The position numbers and the translations under genes were made by a program. Positions 25,113 through 38,987 of a stretch of 64,000 nt of DNA are shown piece by piece. How positions within the stretch are numbered: the stretch's first letter is position 1; the number at the start of each line of letters is the position of its first letter. The notes beneath the pieces were generated by a model that ran no database searches, had not been told where the DNA came from, and saw nothing but the letters and a program-made list of their open reading frames with translations. The DNA lies in assembly GCA_951406725.2 (NCBI GenBank), contig OX597816.1, forward strand, positions 148,366,001 through 148,430,000. The letters run 5' to 3'. Origin of the DNA: Octopus vulgaris. Lineage: Eukaryota.

Positions 25113-26185
25113 ACGCACAAGCAAACTAGAGAAAATCGTATTCAAAGCTTACTGGCAGAAGTTAATAATAATTAAATCTAATATTTTTCAACATAGTTAT
25201 TTTAAGTTTCTATTTAACGTTCTCTAGTTAATAAAAAACACTCTTAGTAACGACGGTGCAAATGTATATTCTTATATTACAGGCAATAATTTCATGTACA
25301 AATTTTTAATTTATTTATATTCTTTAATCTAATCCTTGTCGCAAAATCGAATAGCCATTATCTTATCTGATACATCTGTCCTGCTGATGCTTCGTGGAAG
25401 AAGAATTATCTCGGAAACAAAGGATACACTAATGGAGATGGAAAATATATTTGAATGATGGATCAGCATTGATATTTATTTTGAAAGGTGCAATAGGTGA
25501 GGTTTCACACTGAATGATAGCTAACAAGTCTGCAAAATATCAGTAAACCACATTCACTTTTTGTATCTTAAACTGATACCGGAAAAATATAACCGAATCG
25601 ATGGTACCGATGGACACCTTCACCTCTAAATTGCTGGCCTTGTACCAAAAATAAGAAACCATTATTTATATTAAGAGTTAGACATTACACATTTATTCTT
25701 GGTAGAAAAACTAAGTGAAGAACGGGTTACAATTAGGAGAGTTTTATTACCTCGTGTCGTGTGTAGAAGAAAACTGGATTTTTACATTATTAGTTAACAA
25801 AAGCGCAATGAGCTTCTTATCCTTGGCCTTTAATCCCCTCAATTAGTGAGTTTAGAAGCAACAGAGTGTATTATTATGCAAAAAAGAATTTGTATTTATC
25901 GAATATCTGCATTGCATGTTCAGTTAATTGGTACCTAATAGTGAACATTATGTCTGGAAGAATGTAGATGGAAACCAATCGTCAAAACATCGGAATTTCT
26001 GATGTTAACGGATTAGTAACGACTGCTATGCAGTCAGCGTTTATTTACATCATAAATACATGTTTACGTTACATGTTAGAACTGTCTACATGTTTATGTT
26101 ACAGTTAGAACTGAATTGGCAATTACAATAATACTGACATGGAAAATATATCATTTCCCTCTGAAATGAGATAAAGTTTTACATA

Positions 26186-26560
26186 GGCGTAGGAGTTGCT
26201 GTGTGGTAAGTAGCATGCTTACCAACCACATGGTTCCGGGTTCAGTCCCACTGCGTAACACTTTGGGCAAGTGTTTTGTGAGTGGATTTGGTAGACGGAA
26301 ACTGAAAGAAGCCCGTCGTATATATGTATATATTTATATATGTGTTTGTATATGTTTGTATTTGTCCCCCTCCCCAGCATCGCTTGACAACCGATGCTGG
26401 TGTGTTTACGTCCCCGTCACTTAGCGGTTCAGCAGGAGAGACCGATAGAATAAGTACTAGGCTTACAAATAATAAGCCCTGGGGTCGATTTGCTCGACTA
26501 AAGGTGGTGCTCCAGCATGGTCGCAATCAAATGGCTGAAACAAATAAAAGACTAAAAGAA
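26186..26560 (+). mobile_element. SINE family B, near full-length
   Basis: Collinear with 21501-21900 apart from an internal deletion. Confidence 0.85.
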
Positions 26561-27398
26561 TATAACAGAAAATTAGCTTTACGAATATTTATATTGCTAT
26601 TATGGTTTCCGACATAAGATAAGTAAGATAAGGGCAGACATTTTGCTGAAGGATTATAATCAGTTAGTTTGATCCTCAAACCTTAATTAGTCTATTTTCA
26701 TAGACACCACAGAGATTTCTAAACGGGTAGAACTAAATATTGCATTTTCCCATCGTTTGCCCATCCATTAGTATCAGCAATATCTTTAACCTTAAGTTAT
26801 TTTACAAAAACAATTTTTGATATTTTCTGAAAATACCTTTGATACAAAGTAATAAATCTTCCACTGATTTTTTTTTCTTAATATTGTTTCTTTTTTTTCA
26901 GTTATTTTCTGCCATTTCATAACGTTGAAGAAGTTAGTATTGGTGATACCATAATGGGCATTACCCTTAGTAATCTCACTAGCTTCCAGATGTCTTTCGA
27001 AGAATACATTTACATAGTTTATTGTTCCCTAATATAGCGCTATAAAGCTAGCCCCCACATCTGAAGAAACATAACAACAGAATACATATATGGTGTGTAC
27101 TTCAAGTGGAGCGGTTCAACCAGAGGTAAGAGTTTTAATACACAGTACCGATGACGGGATAAGAAACTTTGAGAGTTGTCTTTATAGACAATCGACTGAA
27201 TCTTGAAATTATTTTACATATATACATTAATACCCTAGATGTTAGGCCAAATTTGACATTATCTTTATGTTTATTATGCAGCCTAACTTCTAGAAAACTT
27301 GATAAAGAAACAATTTGTGAAGTAGAAACCAAGTTTTTGTGGTAGAATATGTATTTGTGTGTGTGTGAATGTATGTATATATATGTAAATATGCGCAC

Positions 27399-27436
<38 letters not shown>

Positions 27437-27468
27437 GTATGTATCATATTATATAGATACACATACAG

Positions 27469-27515
<47 letters not shown>

Positions 27516-29058
27516 CATATATATGTACGTGGGCGTGTATGTGTGTGTATCAATGTTTAAATCTTTGTACATACGTATATCTGTATGCATTTTCCCATTT
27601 AATGTACCAAAGCATGCGAGGAGTGGTGGTGTTTTACTGGGAAAGGACAGTGATTTATACAGACTGTTTACTTTTGAAAGAAATTTACTGAAAGACTTTA
27701 TCTAAAACTGTCAAATACACATGCCATTATTGAATTTAGCTTTCGAAACATATCTGTCAACATGTCTTGGTGAAACTTAAATGTTCAGTTGGGATTCAGG
27801 AAGCCTTTAACTGCTTCAAGTGAAGTATGTTTTTATATCGCATTGTGGAATCTATTCTTCAAATATTTCTGATAATAAATATTCCGAATTTTGTTTTGTT
27901 CCAAATCTATTCAGCGATTCCTCATTATTATTGAAAATCTCTAGACACGTTATGCTGCAAAAAATGCGAATATTATCTCCAGTGGTAATGGCGAAAAGTG
28001 TACGAATAAATAAGTAAATGAATATTGAGTGTTATATCGTGAAGTTATATATGCAATTATCTCCAGATAAACTGTGTCTTCGGTAAATGCTATTGGCCAA
28101 TCTATATCTTGTGAATAGAAGGATATTAAATTTCCTTCCATAACGAGTTTAGCAAATGTTTATTTTCTCTAATCGATCAAACGTCTTATCAAAAACACAG
28201 AGAACTTTGTGAATTGAATTCTAAAAGTCCTAGAAGGTTCGGTTTAAGGCTATTCATATGGGATATATAACTGTCACTTTCATAGAATACAAATAATTGT
28301 TTGCAAATCGAGGGGAGAAAGAATTTCTGAACCTGTTCCAATGAGTATGCATGTGTTTGTGGGCAAATGGGTGAGGCTATTTCCGTAGAAATATTTAATA
28401 AGCGGTTATATCAATCATTCATTGTTTATTCTTCTTATGCAAGTTTGCATAATAGACTCAATTCTTCCCCTAAACATGATTGGATCTGTCAGTTAACAAA
28501 TAATTAGTGCAATTGCCTTTAAGATGTATGGTATTTATATATTTCTCAACACCTTTGATTAGTTAAAGACAACGAAAATAGATATAATCTAGAATTGAAA
28601 ACGGAACTCCTCCATCTTAGTAGATAATTAAGTTACACTTACCGGATATATGCACGTCTTGAAGAGATCTCACCATGAATTTTATTGTAAGAACACCGCT
28701 GAGATAATCCGTCTTCATGCTGTGTACCAAGAACAGTTCGACTTAGTGAAGCCTAAATTTTTGCAAATGAAGCCAACAGAAAGAGCGATCTGTGGAAACT
28801 AATAATGCACTCCCTAATTATATAGTACTGCCTCTCCTGCTAAACATATAGATTCACATCCCAAAACACTCTACAGGTAAGTATGTAAGTATGTATACAA
28901 ATATACGTATGTATATTTATTTATATATGTACACACACACGTACATATATATATATGTACACAAATATAGATATACATATATGTATATTCATACATGTGA
29001 CACTATATGTATGGGTTCATGTATGTATATACATATGAGTATATATGTACGTATATAC

Positions 29059-29160
<102 letters not shown>

Positions 29161-29179
29161 TAGGTGTTTGTGTGTGTGT

Positions 29180-29340
29180 AGTTCAAGTTTACAGAAAACA
29201 AGAGACAAAGACAGGTGAAGGAACAACAAGCATGTTTATTAGTTTGACGCTCGGGAAGCATGGAAACGTCTCTTACGTATCGATTCAATGCTCTTCGACA
29301 CAAAGATTTAAGAGGGACAAAAAATGGAGAGCGAACTAAA
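29180..29340 (-). mobile_element. Decayed pLTR-like mini-element with degenerate hammerhead
   Basis: Minus strand tgtcgaAGAGCattgaatcgataCGTaaga resembles CTGACGA-AGAGC..GCTC-GAAACGT of 34544/56475. Confidence 0.4.
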
Positions 29341-29594
29341 AATGTGTAGGAATTAATGGTTCAACATGATGAAATGGCCCGAAAATATATTATACATACA
29401 TACATATATATATATATATATTAATTCTCATATATATATATTAATTCTCGTATATTTTCTCGTCAATACGCTTGGTGTAAAAATATCTATAAATCATAGA
29501 CAAGCGAGATAACTCACGGCAGGTCCTGAAAATTTTTCTGTGATATCTACAATTTCTCTAAATTTTCTCTTATGTCGATACGAAGTAGCTCGAG

Positions 29595-29739
29595 GTATAC
29601 AAACACAATCGAACACACATACACAGGTACATGTGTTGTTAGTTCGTGGGTCGGTTGTAGTCTTTAGGCGTAAGAGAATATATTCCGACCCACGAACTAA
29701 CAACGCATATACAAAGCGTATGTGTTCGATTTTGTATAC
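29595..29739. repeat. Imperfect ~55-bp inverted repeat (MITE-like hairpin)
   Basis: gttgttagttcgtgggtcgg / ccgacccacgaactaacaac perfect core, extending to gtatac on both sides. Confidence 0.75.
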
Positions 29740-29789
29740 AATTAAATTCAGAGAGTGACACACTAATTGTACATGTAGGACAACTTGAC

Positions 29790-31260
29790 ATAGTCATATG
29801 TACTACATATCACCCACCAGATGCCCCAAATCAGTTGCTGGCCCTGATGGATTCCCAGCAATTCTTCTCAAGTCATGCAAACGAGTTCTTGCAAAATCAC
29901 TGCAACTTCTTTTTCAGAGATTACCCGCATATGGTAAGCTCCCGGACAAACTAAAGGCGGAAATAATATGGCCTATACATAAAGGAGAAAGCAGAGGAGG
30001 CTTATTTCTCTGACCTCAAACATCAGCAAAGTTATCAAAGGAATGGTCCGAAGGAATTTAACTGCATTCCTTGAAGAGAATGATTTGCTGACACCAAGCA
30101 CGTTTTCCGACCAAGTAGAAGCTGCCTGGCACAGCTCTTGCAGCATTACGACTGGGTGCTAAAGCAGCTGCTCAACAACTCAAATGTTGACGAGATATAC
30201 ATCGACTTTACAAAAGCCTTTGACAGAGTGGACCATGGTATGATTTGTCACGAGCTGCACAATCTTGGCATAGTCGGAAAACTTACAGAATGGCTAAATG
30301 TATTTCTAAAAGATAGAATTCAGGTAGTGATGGCCAACGAGGCCACCTCCAAAGAAATACAAATCATGAGTGATCTTCTGACATTCCCTTAAATGCTCAA
30401 GTAGCCACCTTTGCTTGCTATGCAGACGACACAAATGTCTCTCAAAGGATACAGAACACTGGGGACGTGAGTTGGAAGCATTATACAGCTGGGTTGAGGA
30501 AAATAACTCGCAGTTTCATTCCGAACCCTTCGCTATAAACATATGAGGGATTGCAATTCCTGAATCAAAATCAGTGCGTTACTTGGGCATAGACATGAGT
30601 AATGATGCATCTTTCCAGATGCATATTACTAAGTTGGCAATAAAATGCAGATGCTTGGCTGGATGGATCATTCGAACTTTTGAGATGAGAGAAAGGGAAG
30701 CCATGATAGTCCTCATCCGTCTGGATCACCAAACAGTGTAAAATTATCGACGACGATCCAGTGAAGCTACACAAAGAAGATCGACACAATGCGACATATC
30801 AGCTACTGGGAGAGACTGAAAGAGCTAAGACTCTATTTCTTAGAACAAAGGCGGGAAATATGTGCAGTAATATACATCTGGAAAATCCTAGAAGAAATTG
30901 TACCAGACATTGGCATTGTAAGTTGCACAAAAGAGCGGGGTACCAATGCATAGTATCAAAGATCCTAACACCTGGGTACAGGACCAGATACTACTTGGCT
31001 TCAAAGGCCCACAGTTCTTCAATATCATCCCACAAAGCATAAGAGACCTGCATAGTGTGGATGTAGGCTTTTTCAAAACAAAACTGGATCTCCTTCTATC
31101 AAGAGATCCGGATGAACCTACCTCAAAGCAAGAAGTACAGATGCGAGCTACAAGGTCAAACTCTCTCATTCACCAAATGTGACATATCAGACGAAGTTTA
31201 CTGAAAGTGTAGCAAATCAAAAGGCGGTACCGTAGTCCTAGGACTGAAACTAAAATGGAA
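29790..31260 (+). mobile_element. CR1-group LINE RT remnant (multiple frameshifts)
   Basis: AGPDGFPAILLK, IWPIHKG, RSCLAQLL, VDEIYIDFTKAFDRVDH, YADDT, FKGPQFFNIIP, FKTKLDLLL..PDEP. Confidence 0.85.
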
Positions 31261-31283
31261 CACATACACACACACACACACAT

Positions 31284-31330
<47 letters not shown>

Positions 31331-31339
<9 letters not shown>

Positions 31340-31685
31340 ATTCGAGACAAAACCACTATTTTGCAAAACAAACAATAGATTATATATAGGTTATATATAT
31401 TTATATTTTTCATTGATAATTTTATTATTTTAAACTTATATTTTAATATATTGATATTTTAGATCGAAAATCCACCTGACGAATTTCATTGAAGACATGA
31501 AACGATTGTAGTGGCGGTTTATTTCTTTATATTAAAAATGTTTATGTATTGATTAAGTCTTTCCTTGTTTGTTTTGCAAAATAGTGGTTTTGTCTCGAAT
31601 TATATTATATAATATTTTTCTATAAAATTGGATTTAATCCTAAATCTGATTTTTCCCTGTAAATTTGGATTTATTCCCTAATATT

Positions 31686-31690
<5 letters not shown>
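31331..31690 (+). mobile_element. PLE-derived mini-element in (TA)n: inverted repeat enclosing a hammerhead
   Basis: IR 31331-31375 / 31566-31610; hammerhead at 31472-31514; 3' tail shared with 53740-53830. Confidence 0.7.
31472..31514 (+). ncRNA. Minimal type I hammerhead ribozyme
   Basis: CCAC-CTGACGA-atttc(attgaa)gacat-GAAA-cgattg-TA-GTGG; intact core, perfect 4-bp stem I, one mismatch in stem II. Confidence 0.75.
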
Positions 31691-31755
<65 letters not shown>

Positions 31756-31774
31756 TTTATTCTTTTTCTTTTAT

Positions 31775-31937
31775 TCTTTTATTTGTTTCAGTCACTTGAC
31801 TGCGGCCATACTGGATCACCGCCTTTAGCTGAGCAAATCGATCCCAGGACGTAATCTTTGTAAGCCTAGTACTTATTCTATCGGTCTGTCTTACCGAACT
31901 GCTAAGTTACGGGCACGTAAACACACCAGCATCGGCT
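31775..31937 (-). mobile_element. SINE family B, 3' half
   Basis: Reverse complement of family B tail. Confidence 0.8.
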
Positions 31938-32717
31938 TGAACTTTTACTCCCTGCCTGTCTGACTTCCTCTCTACCTGTCTCTCTCCTTATTTTTCACCC
32001 TTTTTGGTTTCTTTTCCTCTCTCTCTCTCTCACTCCTCCCCCTCCTTCTCTCTCTCTTTCTCTCTCTCTCACTTCTCCTCCTCTCTCTGGTCGCTAACTG
32101 GAGAGCTACCAACTTTCTTTCTGCTCGCTGCTTTCAACAAGGCTTCCTCGGCTTCCTCGGCTTCCATCGGCTTTCTTCTGTCTTCCGCAAGCTGATCTTC
32201 AACATGCGTTCTAACGAATTTTTCCACCGTCTAGGCTTAAAAAAAGCCCTTATTTTTGGTTTCCATGTCCTGTCTTTTACTGTTTTTATCTTTATTTGTA
32301 CTGTTTTTTCTTCATTTGTATTTCATTTACGTCCTGTTCGTGTCACTTTTTTTACCCCTCCGCAAAAAAAAATTTATTTAATTCATTTTGCGGGAAGGGC
32401 TACTTCGGCCGGATCGTGTTCTGCCCTTACCTTCGAAACACGCATTGAGTCGAAACAGGGGCAGCTGAAGAAGGGGAATGTTCCTTGCGTTGGTTGTCTT
32501 GTACTCTGTTTTCTCGTTGTTAAAAAAAATGTCCGTTTCCTTGTTTGGTTTTATGTTTTCGTTTCTCGTTGTGTTCTACGTTTATTTGTGGTGTCCTGTA
32601 CTCATATATGCATGTATATATACATATAGATGTAGGTATGTAAATATATGTATGTATGCATATGTTTTATTTATCAAATTGTTATTATATATATATATGA
32701 ATGTATGTATATATATG

Positions 32718-32754
<37 letters not shown>

Positions 32755-32762
32755 GTATATAT

Positions 32763-32839
<77 letters not shown>

Positions 32840-32840
32840 C

Positions 32841-32898
<58 letters not shown>

Positions 32899-33567
32899 GT
32901 ATGTATGTATGTATTCAGATTGTCGTTGTTTCCTTCATTTTTCATAGAAATCAAAATCAATTTACAAAACTTGCAGGTTTGAAATGTTATCAAAGAGGAA
33001 GCCTGTCTTGCCGATATACCAGAAGTTGTAATTTATGTGTTGAGAGAAAGAAAAATGAAGACATTTCAAAACCGTTAAAAATTTGTTTTCTTAAATAATT
33101 TAATAAAGGAAAATTAAAAACAATACGAAGATTAAAAAGTAAATGAAATACAAGGAAAATGTTAAGTAAACTTTAAACAGGAAAAATAAGAAAAATCTTC
33201 TATTGTTCTAACGAAATGTTCTCAAGTGTATGAAATTAGAAAATGGACAAGGTCATCTCTGTTGTTCACCTGTCTGTGTAGGAGCTTCTAGCCTTGTATC
33301 TCTGTGCTAGTATGCTCGCCAAAATTAGTTGCTTATAGGTGTTACTGATAGAACAGAATATCGTGAGTACCGCAGGGTACAATATATATAGAATTGGCAG
33401 TCATTTGTCCATTCGCAGAGCACCGAAAGCCCACAGTTTGAACCGTCTTACACGGTTCTATTTGGTTTCCGAGAACATTGTTTTGTGAATTTCGGCAAAT
33501 ATTTCCGGACCACCAACCTTTAATGGTTTCTGATGTAGGTCGTCTAGTCATAGCTACACATAGATAT

Positions 33568-33936
<369 letters not shown>

Positions 33937-34433
33937 TGTGTAAGGCTGTGTTAACTCGCTCTTGTGTTTAATTCCCTAGATAAATTTATAAATTTAAAAC
34001 AATAAAAACAGAGAATTTTAGAAATAAATTGGTTTCGGCTACTAGAACCCCAGCGGTACAAAAGTTGCATGATCTAGTTCATTGGTCCATTCCGTTCACC
34101 AGTCTCTATGCTCGCAATAAAATTTTTCATTTAAAGCAATAATGAGTGTGTGTGAGTGTATGCGCGTGTGCGAGCTACGTGTGTTTGTGTGTGTCTGTGT
34201 GTGCTAATGAGTATTGATTTGTTTTGCGTAATTGTGAGTTCAATTTCTTTATGGGTCAGAATTTTCAGTTGAATGTTTCCCGTATATTACTTGTACTTAT
34301 CGATGGGAAATTTGAAGTCAGTTTTATACACCGCAAGACAAGAGTAAAAGCGATCTCAAATGTTTCAGATATCTACTAAGTATTGTCTATTGCTTTTGGC
34401 TACAAGGAGAAAATGGTACCTGAGAATGATGAA

Positions 34434-34466
<33 letters not shown>

Positions 34467-34489
34467 TATGTGACCGCGTGTGTATCGTT

Positions 34490-34671
34490 GGCGATTTTTT
34501 TCCTCCGTCTTCCCTTCCTTGAATCTTTCCTTATTCTATGTTTCTGACGAAGAGCTCCACTCGAAACGTTAAATCCTCCTTCTTTCTTTCCTTTCCTGAA
34601 CGTCCAATAACACTATACTTGTTCCACGTCCTCGCGTTGTTGTCTCTTTGTGTTTTCATGTTTGGATTAAC
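34490..34671 (+). mobile_element. pLTR-like mini-element in (TA)n with hammerhead (34540-34574)
   Basis: gttt-CTGACGA-a-GAGC(tcc)ACTC-GAAA-CG-TT-aaat; near-identical to 56470-56603. Confidence 0.7.
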
Positions 34672-34966
34672 AATATATATATATATATATATCAGTTGAA
34701 TAAGGTTACATGGTCTGTTTTTCACGTTTTCTATTATTATATTTTTTTTAAAACTTTTACAATGTTCAAGTCTGTTAAACATTAAGTGTTGTAGTGTTCA
34801 TCAAGTTCAATTAGCGCTTTCATATGTTCGTAGGATACAACATATTTCAAAATGTATTTAACTGACAGTTGATTTCTTGATGGCTGTAGTCAAAGGACTA
34901 ACTTCTTCCTTTTTATACCTTTTAGAAGGCTCCAACAAGTTGAATGTAAATTTTAATGTATGTATT

Positions 34967-35064
34967 TTTCTCTGATGATATTTTGCTCATATCTTATAAA
35001 TGCAAATTTAAAGCATAAATTTGCAATTTATTTAGTGTGCACAAATGGAAACAGCTGTAGGAAG
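34967..35064 (+). ncRNA. Type I hammerhead ribozyme with extended stem II
   Basis: tttct-CTGATGA-[long stem incl. tgcaaattta/taaatttgca]-GAAA-CAGCTG-TA-ggaag. Confidence 0.7.
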
Positions 35065-35384
35065 TAAGAATTATCAATTTATTAATAAAAGATTATTAAC
35101 TTTCAAATCTACATTTTCTTTTCTTCTATTAATTGAATACTGATTATATTGCTTAATATATACAAATTTATTTAAGGAAATTTTATTTCCTCAAAGTATT
35201 AGGTATAGAACCAGTGTTTTCTTGGATGTAATCATCCCTTTAAGAGGTTAATATATCTGCTAACTAACTTGTATATATATATGTGTGTGTATGTGTACTT
35301 ATCTATATATACATATATATGGATAAACATTTCTATATATATATATATATACACGTGCACACACAAAAATGTATGTACATATGC

Positions 35385-35470
35385 ATGAAGCATCAAAACG
35401 TTCCCGGACTAGTTCTGTAAAACGCCAACTGATGGCAGCACACTATTGCGTGCGCAGTGCTAACATACGT
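35385..35470 (+). mobile_element. Possible 5' end of a Tc1/mariner element
   Basis: catcaaaacgttcccggact...gatggcagcac resembles mariner 5' termini; no partner end found. Confidence 0.3.
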
Positions 35471-35827
35471 TTCTTATAAACTCTTACTTTGGAGTCACTT
35501 CCCAAGTAACACTACGTCACTACCCTGTTCTCTTCGTTTGTCCATTTCCTCCTCATTACTCTATTGTGTATTGACGTTGTCTAAGAATAATGACTGAGGT
35601 CAATTTGCACGGCATCTGTACTGAACTGCTGCGTGAGACCTTAAAGGTTCAGCATTATTTACGCTGTTATCACTTGAGCTTTTGCGTAATCTCATACTTC
35701 TCATAAACTGAGATAAGGTAATGCTGATGTGTGTCTGTGTGTGTGTGAGTGTGGGTTGTTATGTGTGTGTGTGTGTGTGTGTGTTTATCGTGACAGTATC
35801 AATATGCCCCTTGTGGTATTCTTTTCC

Positions 35828-36290
35828 TTATTATTATTGATTGAGATGACAGTGCATGCCATCAAATTGACCCTGTGGTACAAATATAAGAAACCCAATA
35901 CACCCAGCATGACTACCTATATGATAAGGGTACACCAAGCACATATACCACAACCATATATGCACATCATGGTGATCTCATATCAAGATCAGTAACACAT
36001 GACCCTGCAGGTGAAGCCCAGTTAGAATTTTCTTCAGGTTAAGTAGCCCATCCCGCTTAAAAGGTCTTTGAATGAGGGTTATTTAAGGGCGATGAGCGAA
36101 ACACCCATGTTTCCAGAGGTGAATTATTCAAACCCCAAAGAATTCCCCACTACACATGGCTATGATACTCCCCCACTACACCTGCTTGTGATCAGAGATG
36201 CATATATCGTCAGTCACTAAGGAACATACTCACCTGATTAAGATCCAGCAACTGACAAGCAAACCTTTGGTTTGGGCAGAATATCGCACC
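35828..36290. repeat. Unclassified interspersed repeat
   Basis: GC-richer non-coding block bounded by a (TTA) run; class not determinable. Confidence 0.3.
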
Positions 36291-36374
36291 CCCATCGTGA
36301 TAGCATTTTCAATCAGTTTAAATCAGAAGACATGGGGCCCACTGTCGGGTACTGCATTGTTGTTGTTGTTGTTG

Positions 36375-37210
36375 TTATTTCCATTTCATTTCTCAGAGCC
36401 CTCGATTTCGGTTAATTTTTGACAGCGGACAACCACCTATTATGAAGAGCCTCACAGAACCTATTTCTACGATACTTAATACCTAAGTACCAATTTTAAA
36501 TTCGTCACTGTCCCCATTAAAGCAGTTTTCTGATCATGTTCTACTCCCATGCCAAATCCCATTTCTCCAACAAATTTACCAACCTGGTTGTTAATGCACC
36601 CAGCACCCCTACAACTACTCGAATGACAATTACTTTCTTCATTGTCCACATCCATGCAGTCTTCATCTTTTAGTGGCTCATACTTCTCAATGATTTTCAC
36701 TTCGTCACCCACTCGTACATCACCAGGAATAGCAGCATCTATGATTGTGGTTTCAATCATCATTTTATCCTATACAAAAATGTCTGGACTCCGAGCATCA
36801 CTAAATCACATTTGATTGTAAAATCCTACAAGATCTTATAGTCATTATTCTCGACGACGCCTTCTGGTTTATGTTCGTGTCATTTCACTGCCCTTTTAAG
36901 CCGTACTTCTCACACAACCCCATTGAACATAGTCAGCTACGTTATCATGCCACCTTTTGTATTCGCTTTGAGCCAGTTTGCTACACTCACAGTATGAGAG
37001 ACATCATTTGTTATGTCACACATCCTACAAAGGGGCGATTCGCTACTCTTATCTGTTTGAAACTTGGTGTAAGTAATTCTCAGAGCTTGTTCCTGAGCGC
37101 TGCATATCAATACCTCACATCACTTTTTCTTAGCCACCAAATGTTGGTCTTATCTTTCCCTTCCTTTTCTCTGAGGTATTACCCATGCATCGTTTTCATC
37201 AAACAATTTT
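36375..37210 (-). mobile_element. Old Dong/R4-like 3' fragment
   Basis: KTMHG, ICSAQEQAL, ESPLCRMC, CSKLAQSEYKRWHDNV, EHKPEGVVENNDYKIL, IIDAAIPGD, QKTALMGT. Confidence 0.8.
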
Positions 37211-37214
37211 GAAG

Positions 37215-37458
37215 CTGTGGTAGAAGTGAAGAAAAAAAAACAACGGAGGGAAGTGAAGAAATAAAAGAGACAACGGAAGCGTTAAAAGGCATCACTTCGC
37301 AGGAGTTCCAGGACTGCTTCGAACAGTAGAAAACGCGTTTGAACCGATGCATTGCTTCAAATGGAGAATACGTTGAAGGCAATAAAAGTGTAAACATGAA
37401 AAACTAAGTGAATAAAGTAATATTGCAAAATTCCGGTTTTTGGAGGGAACCCTCCCAT
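37215..37458 (+). mobile_element. Mariner transposase C-terminus and right end
   Basis: TEALKGITSQEFQDCFEQ*KTRLNRCIASNGEYVEG, then TIR-like aaattccggtttttgg...ccc-TA. Confidence 0.7.
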
Positions 37459-37464
37459 ATATAT

Positions 37465-37815
37465 TCCTTCAATCACTTGACTGCGGTCATACTGGAGCAC
37501 CGCCTTGAAGGGTTTTAGTCTTACAGATTGCCCCCAAGACTAATATATTAAGCCTAGTATTTATGCTATCGGGGTCTTTTGCCGAACCGCTAAACTTTGG
37601 GGCGTAAATACAGCAACACCGGTTATCAAAGCGGCAATGGGAGGGACAAATACAGACACAAAGAAACACACATAGACATATACATATGTATATTTATATA
37701 TACGACAGGCCTTCTTCACTTTCCGTCTACCAAATCCACTCACAAGGCTTTGGCTTGCCGGACACTAGAGAAGACACTTGCTCTGGGTGCCATGCAGTAG
37801 GACTGAATCCCGAAC
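37465..37815 (-). mobile_element. SINE family B
   Basis: ttccgtctaccaaatccactcacaaggc etc. Confidence 0.8.
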
Positions 37816-37920
37816 CATACATACATTCATGCATATATATAAAGTAATTCTTCACATGCATATAAACACTTTCTATGATGCAAATGCTAATATTGATTCA
37901 CACATAGACACACACACACA

Positions 37921-37961
<41 letters not shown>

Positions 37962-38463
37962 CAAAAATTAATTCATATATATATATATAAGATAAATACA
38001 TAAACTTGTATACATATATACGCAAAGATGTCCAATCTGTATGCATCTATATAAAACTATATATTTTTAAAGGAATAAATACATGCATATACGAAAATAC
38101 TATTTCATTTTCATACATACAGACAGACAGGCAGACAGACAGACATACAGACATACATGTATACATGACTACTCACACATACTTGCGGAAGTTTTAGATA
38201 CTTATGTTAGCGTATTTAGAGTACTTGTGATGCAGAGTAGTTCTTAAGATACTGAGAATTGAAAAATATTGAAGTTATTGAAAAATTGAAGAACTGAAGA
38301 ATTGAAACAGGTATTGAAATATTTCAATACCTGAAATATTTTTTTTCGATATTTGTTTTATGTTTATGATATTTGTCAAATATTTCTTTAATATTTTTAA
38401 TATTCTCACCAGCATTCTCAAGTATATTCCACTTTGTATTTATTTTTACCTGTTCTTTTCCCG

Positions 38464-38835
38464 TGGGTGTGTGGTAAGACGTTCTGGGTTCAATCCCACT
38501 GCATCACTTCTTGAACAAATTGAAGAATTGAAGAATTCTTCTTGAATAAGTGTTATTGACTATAGTCCCGTCTGATCGAAGCCTTGTGAGTGGATTTGAT
38601 AGATGAACACTGAAAGAAACCTGTCGTATATATGTACATATCTTCATGTGTCTTTGTGTATGTATCTGTCCACCAGCTCCGTCTGGCAACTAGTACTGGT
38701 TTGTTTACGTCCCCGTAATTTAGCATAATTTACGATAAGTACCAGGATAAGTACCAGGTTCAATTTGTTCAACTAAACGCTTCAAAGCGGTGCCCCAGCA
38801 TGACCACAGTCCAATGACTGAAACAAGTAAAAGAT
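38464..38835 (+). mobile_element. SINE family B, diverged
   Basis: gtgtggtaag...gccttgtgagtggattt...tgactgaaacaagtaaaaga. Confidence 0.75.
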
Positions 38836-38987
38836 CAAATATATCAATACTGCCCTCTTTATTATCATCATATTCATCACAGCTACCACCATGCTACTAA
38901 CCACTCCTATCAATAACCTGGCCTTCAAATACTGACCATTCCTCTAGATCAACACTCCTTCTGCTATGTTAATAGTCTTTCTTCTTA

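Noticed and set aside
35385-37458. One mariner element spanning the Dong fragment
   Set aside because: Left and right terminal sequences are not reverse complements; probably different families.
38291-38316. CTGAAGA-att-GAAA-cagg-TA hammerhead-like string
   Set aside because: No stem II; explained by the local ttgaagaa repeat.
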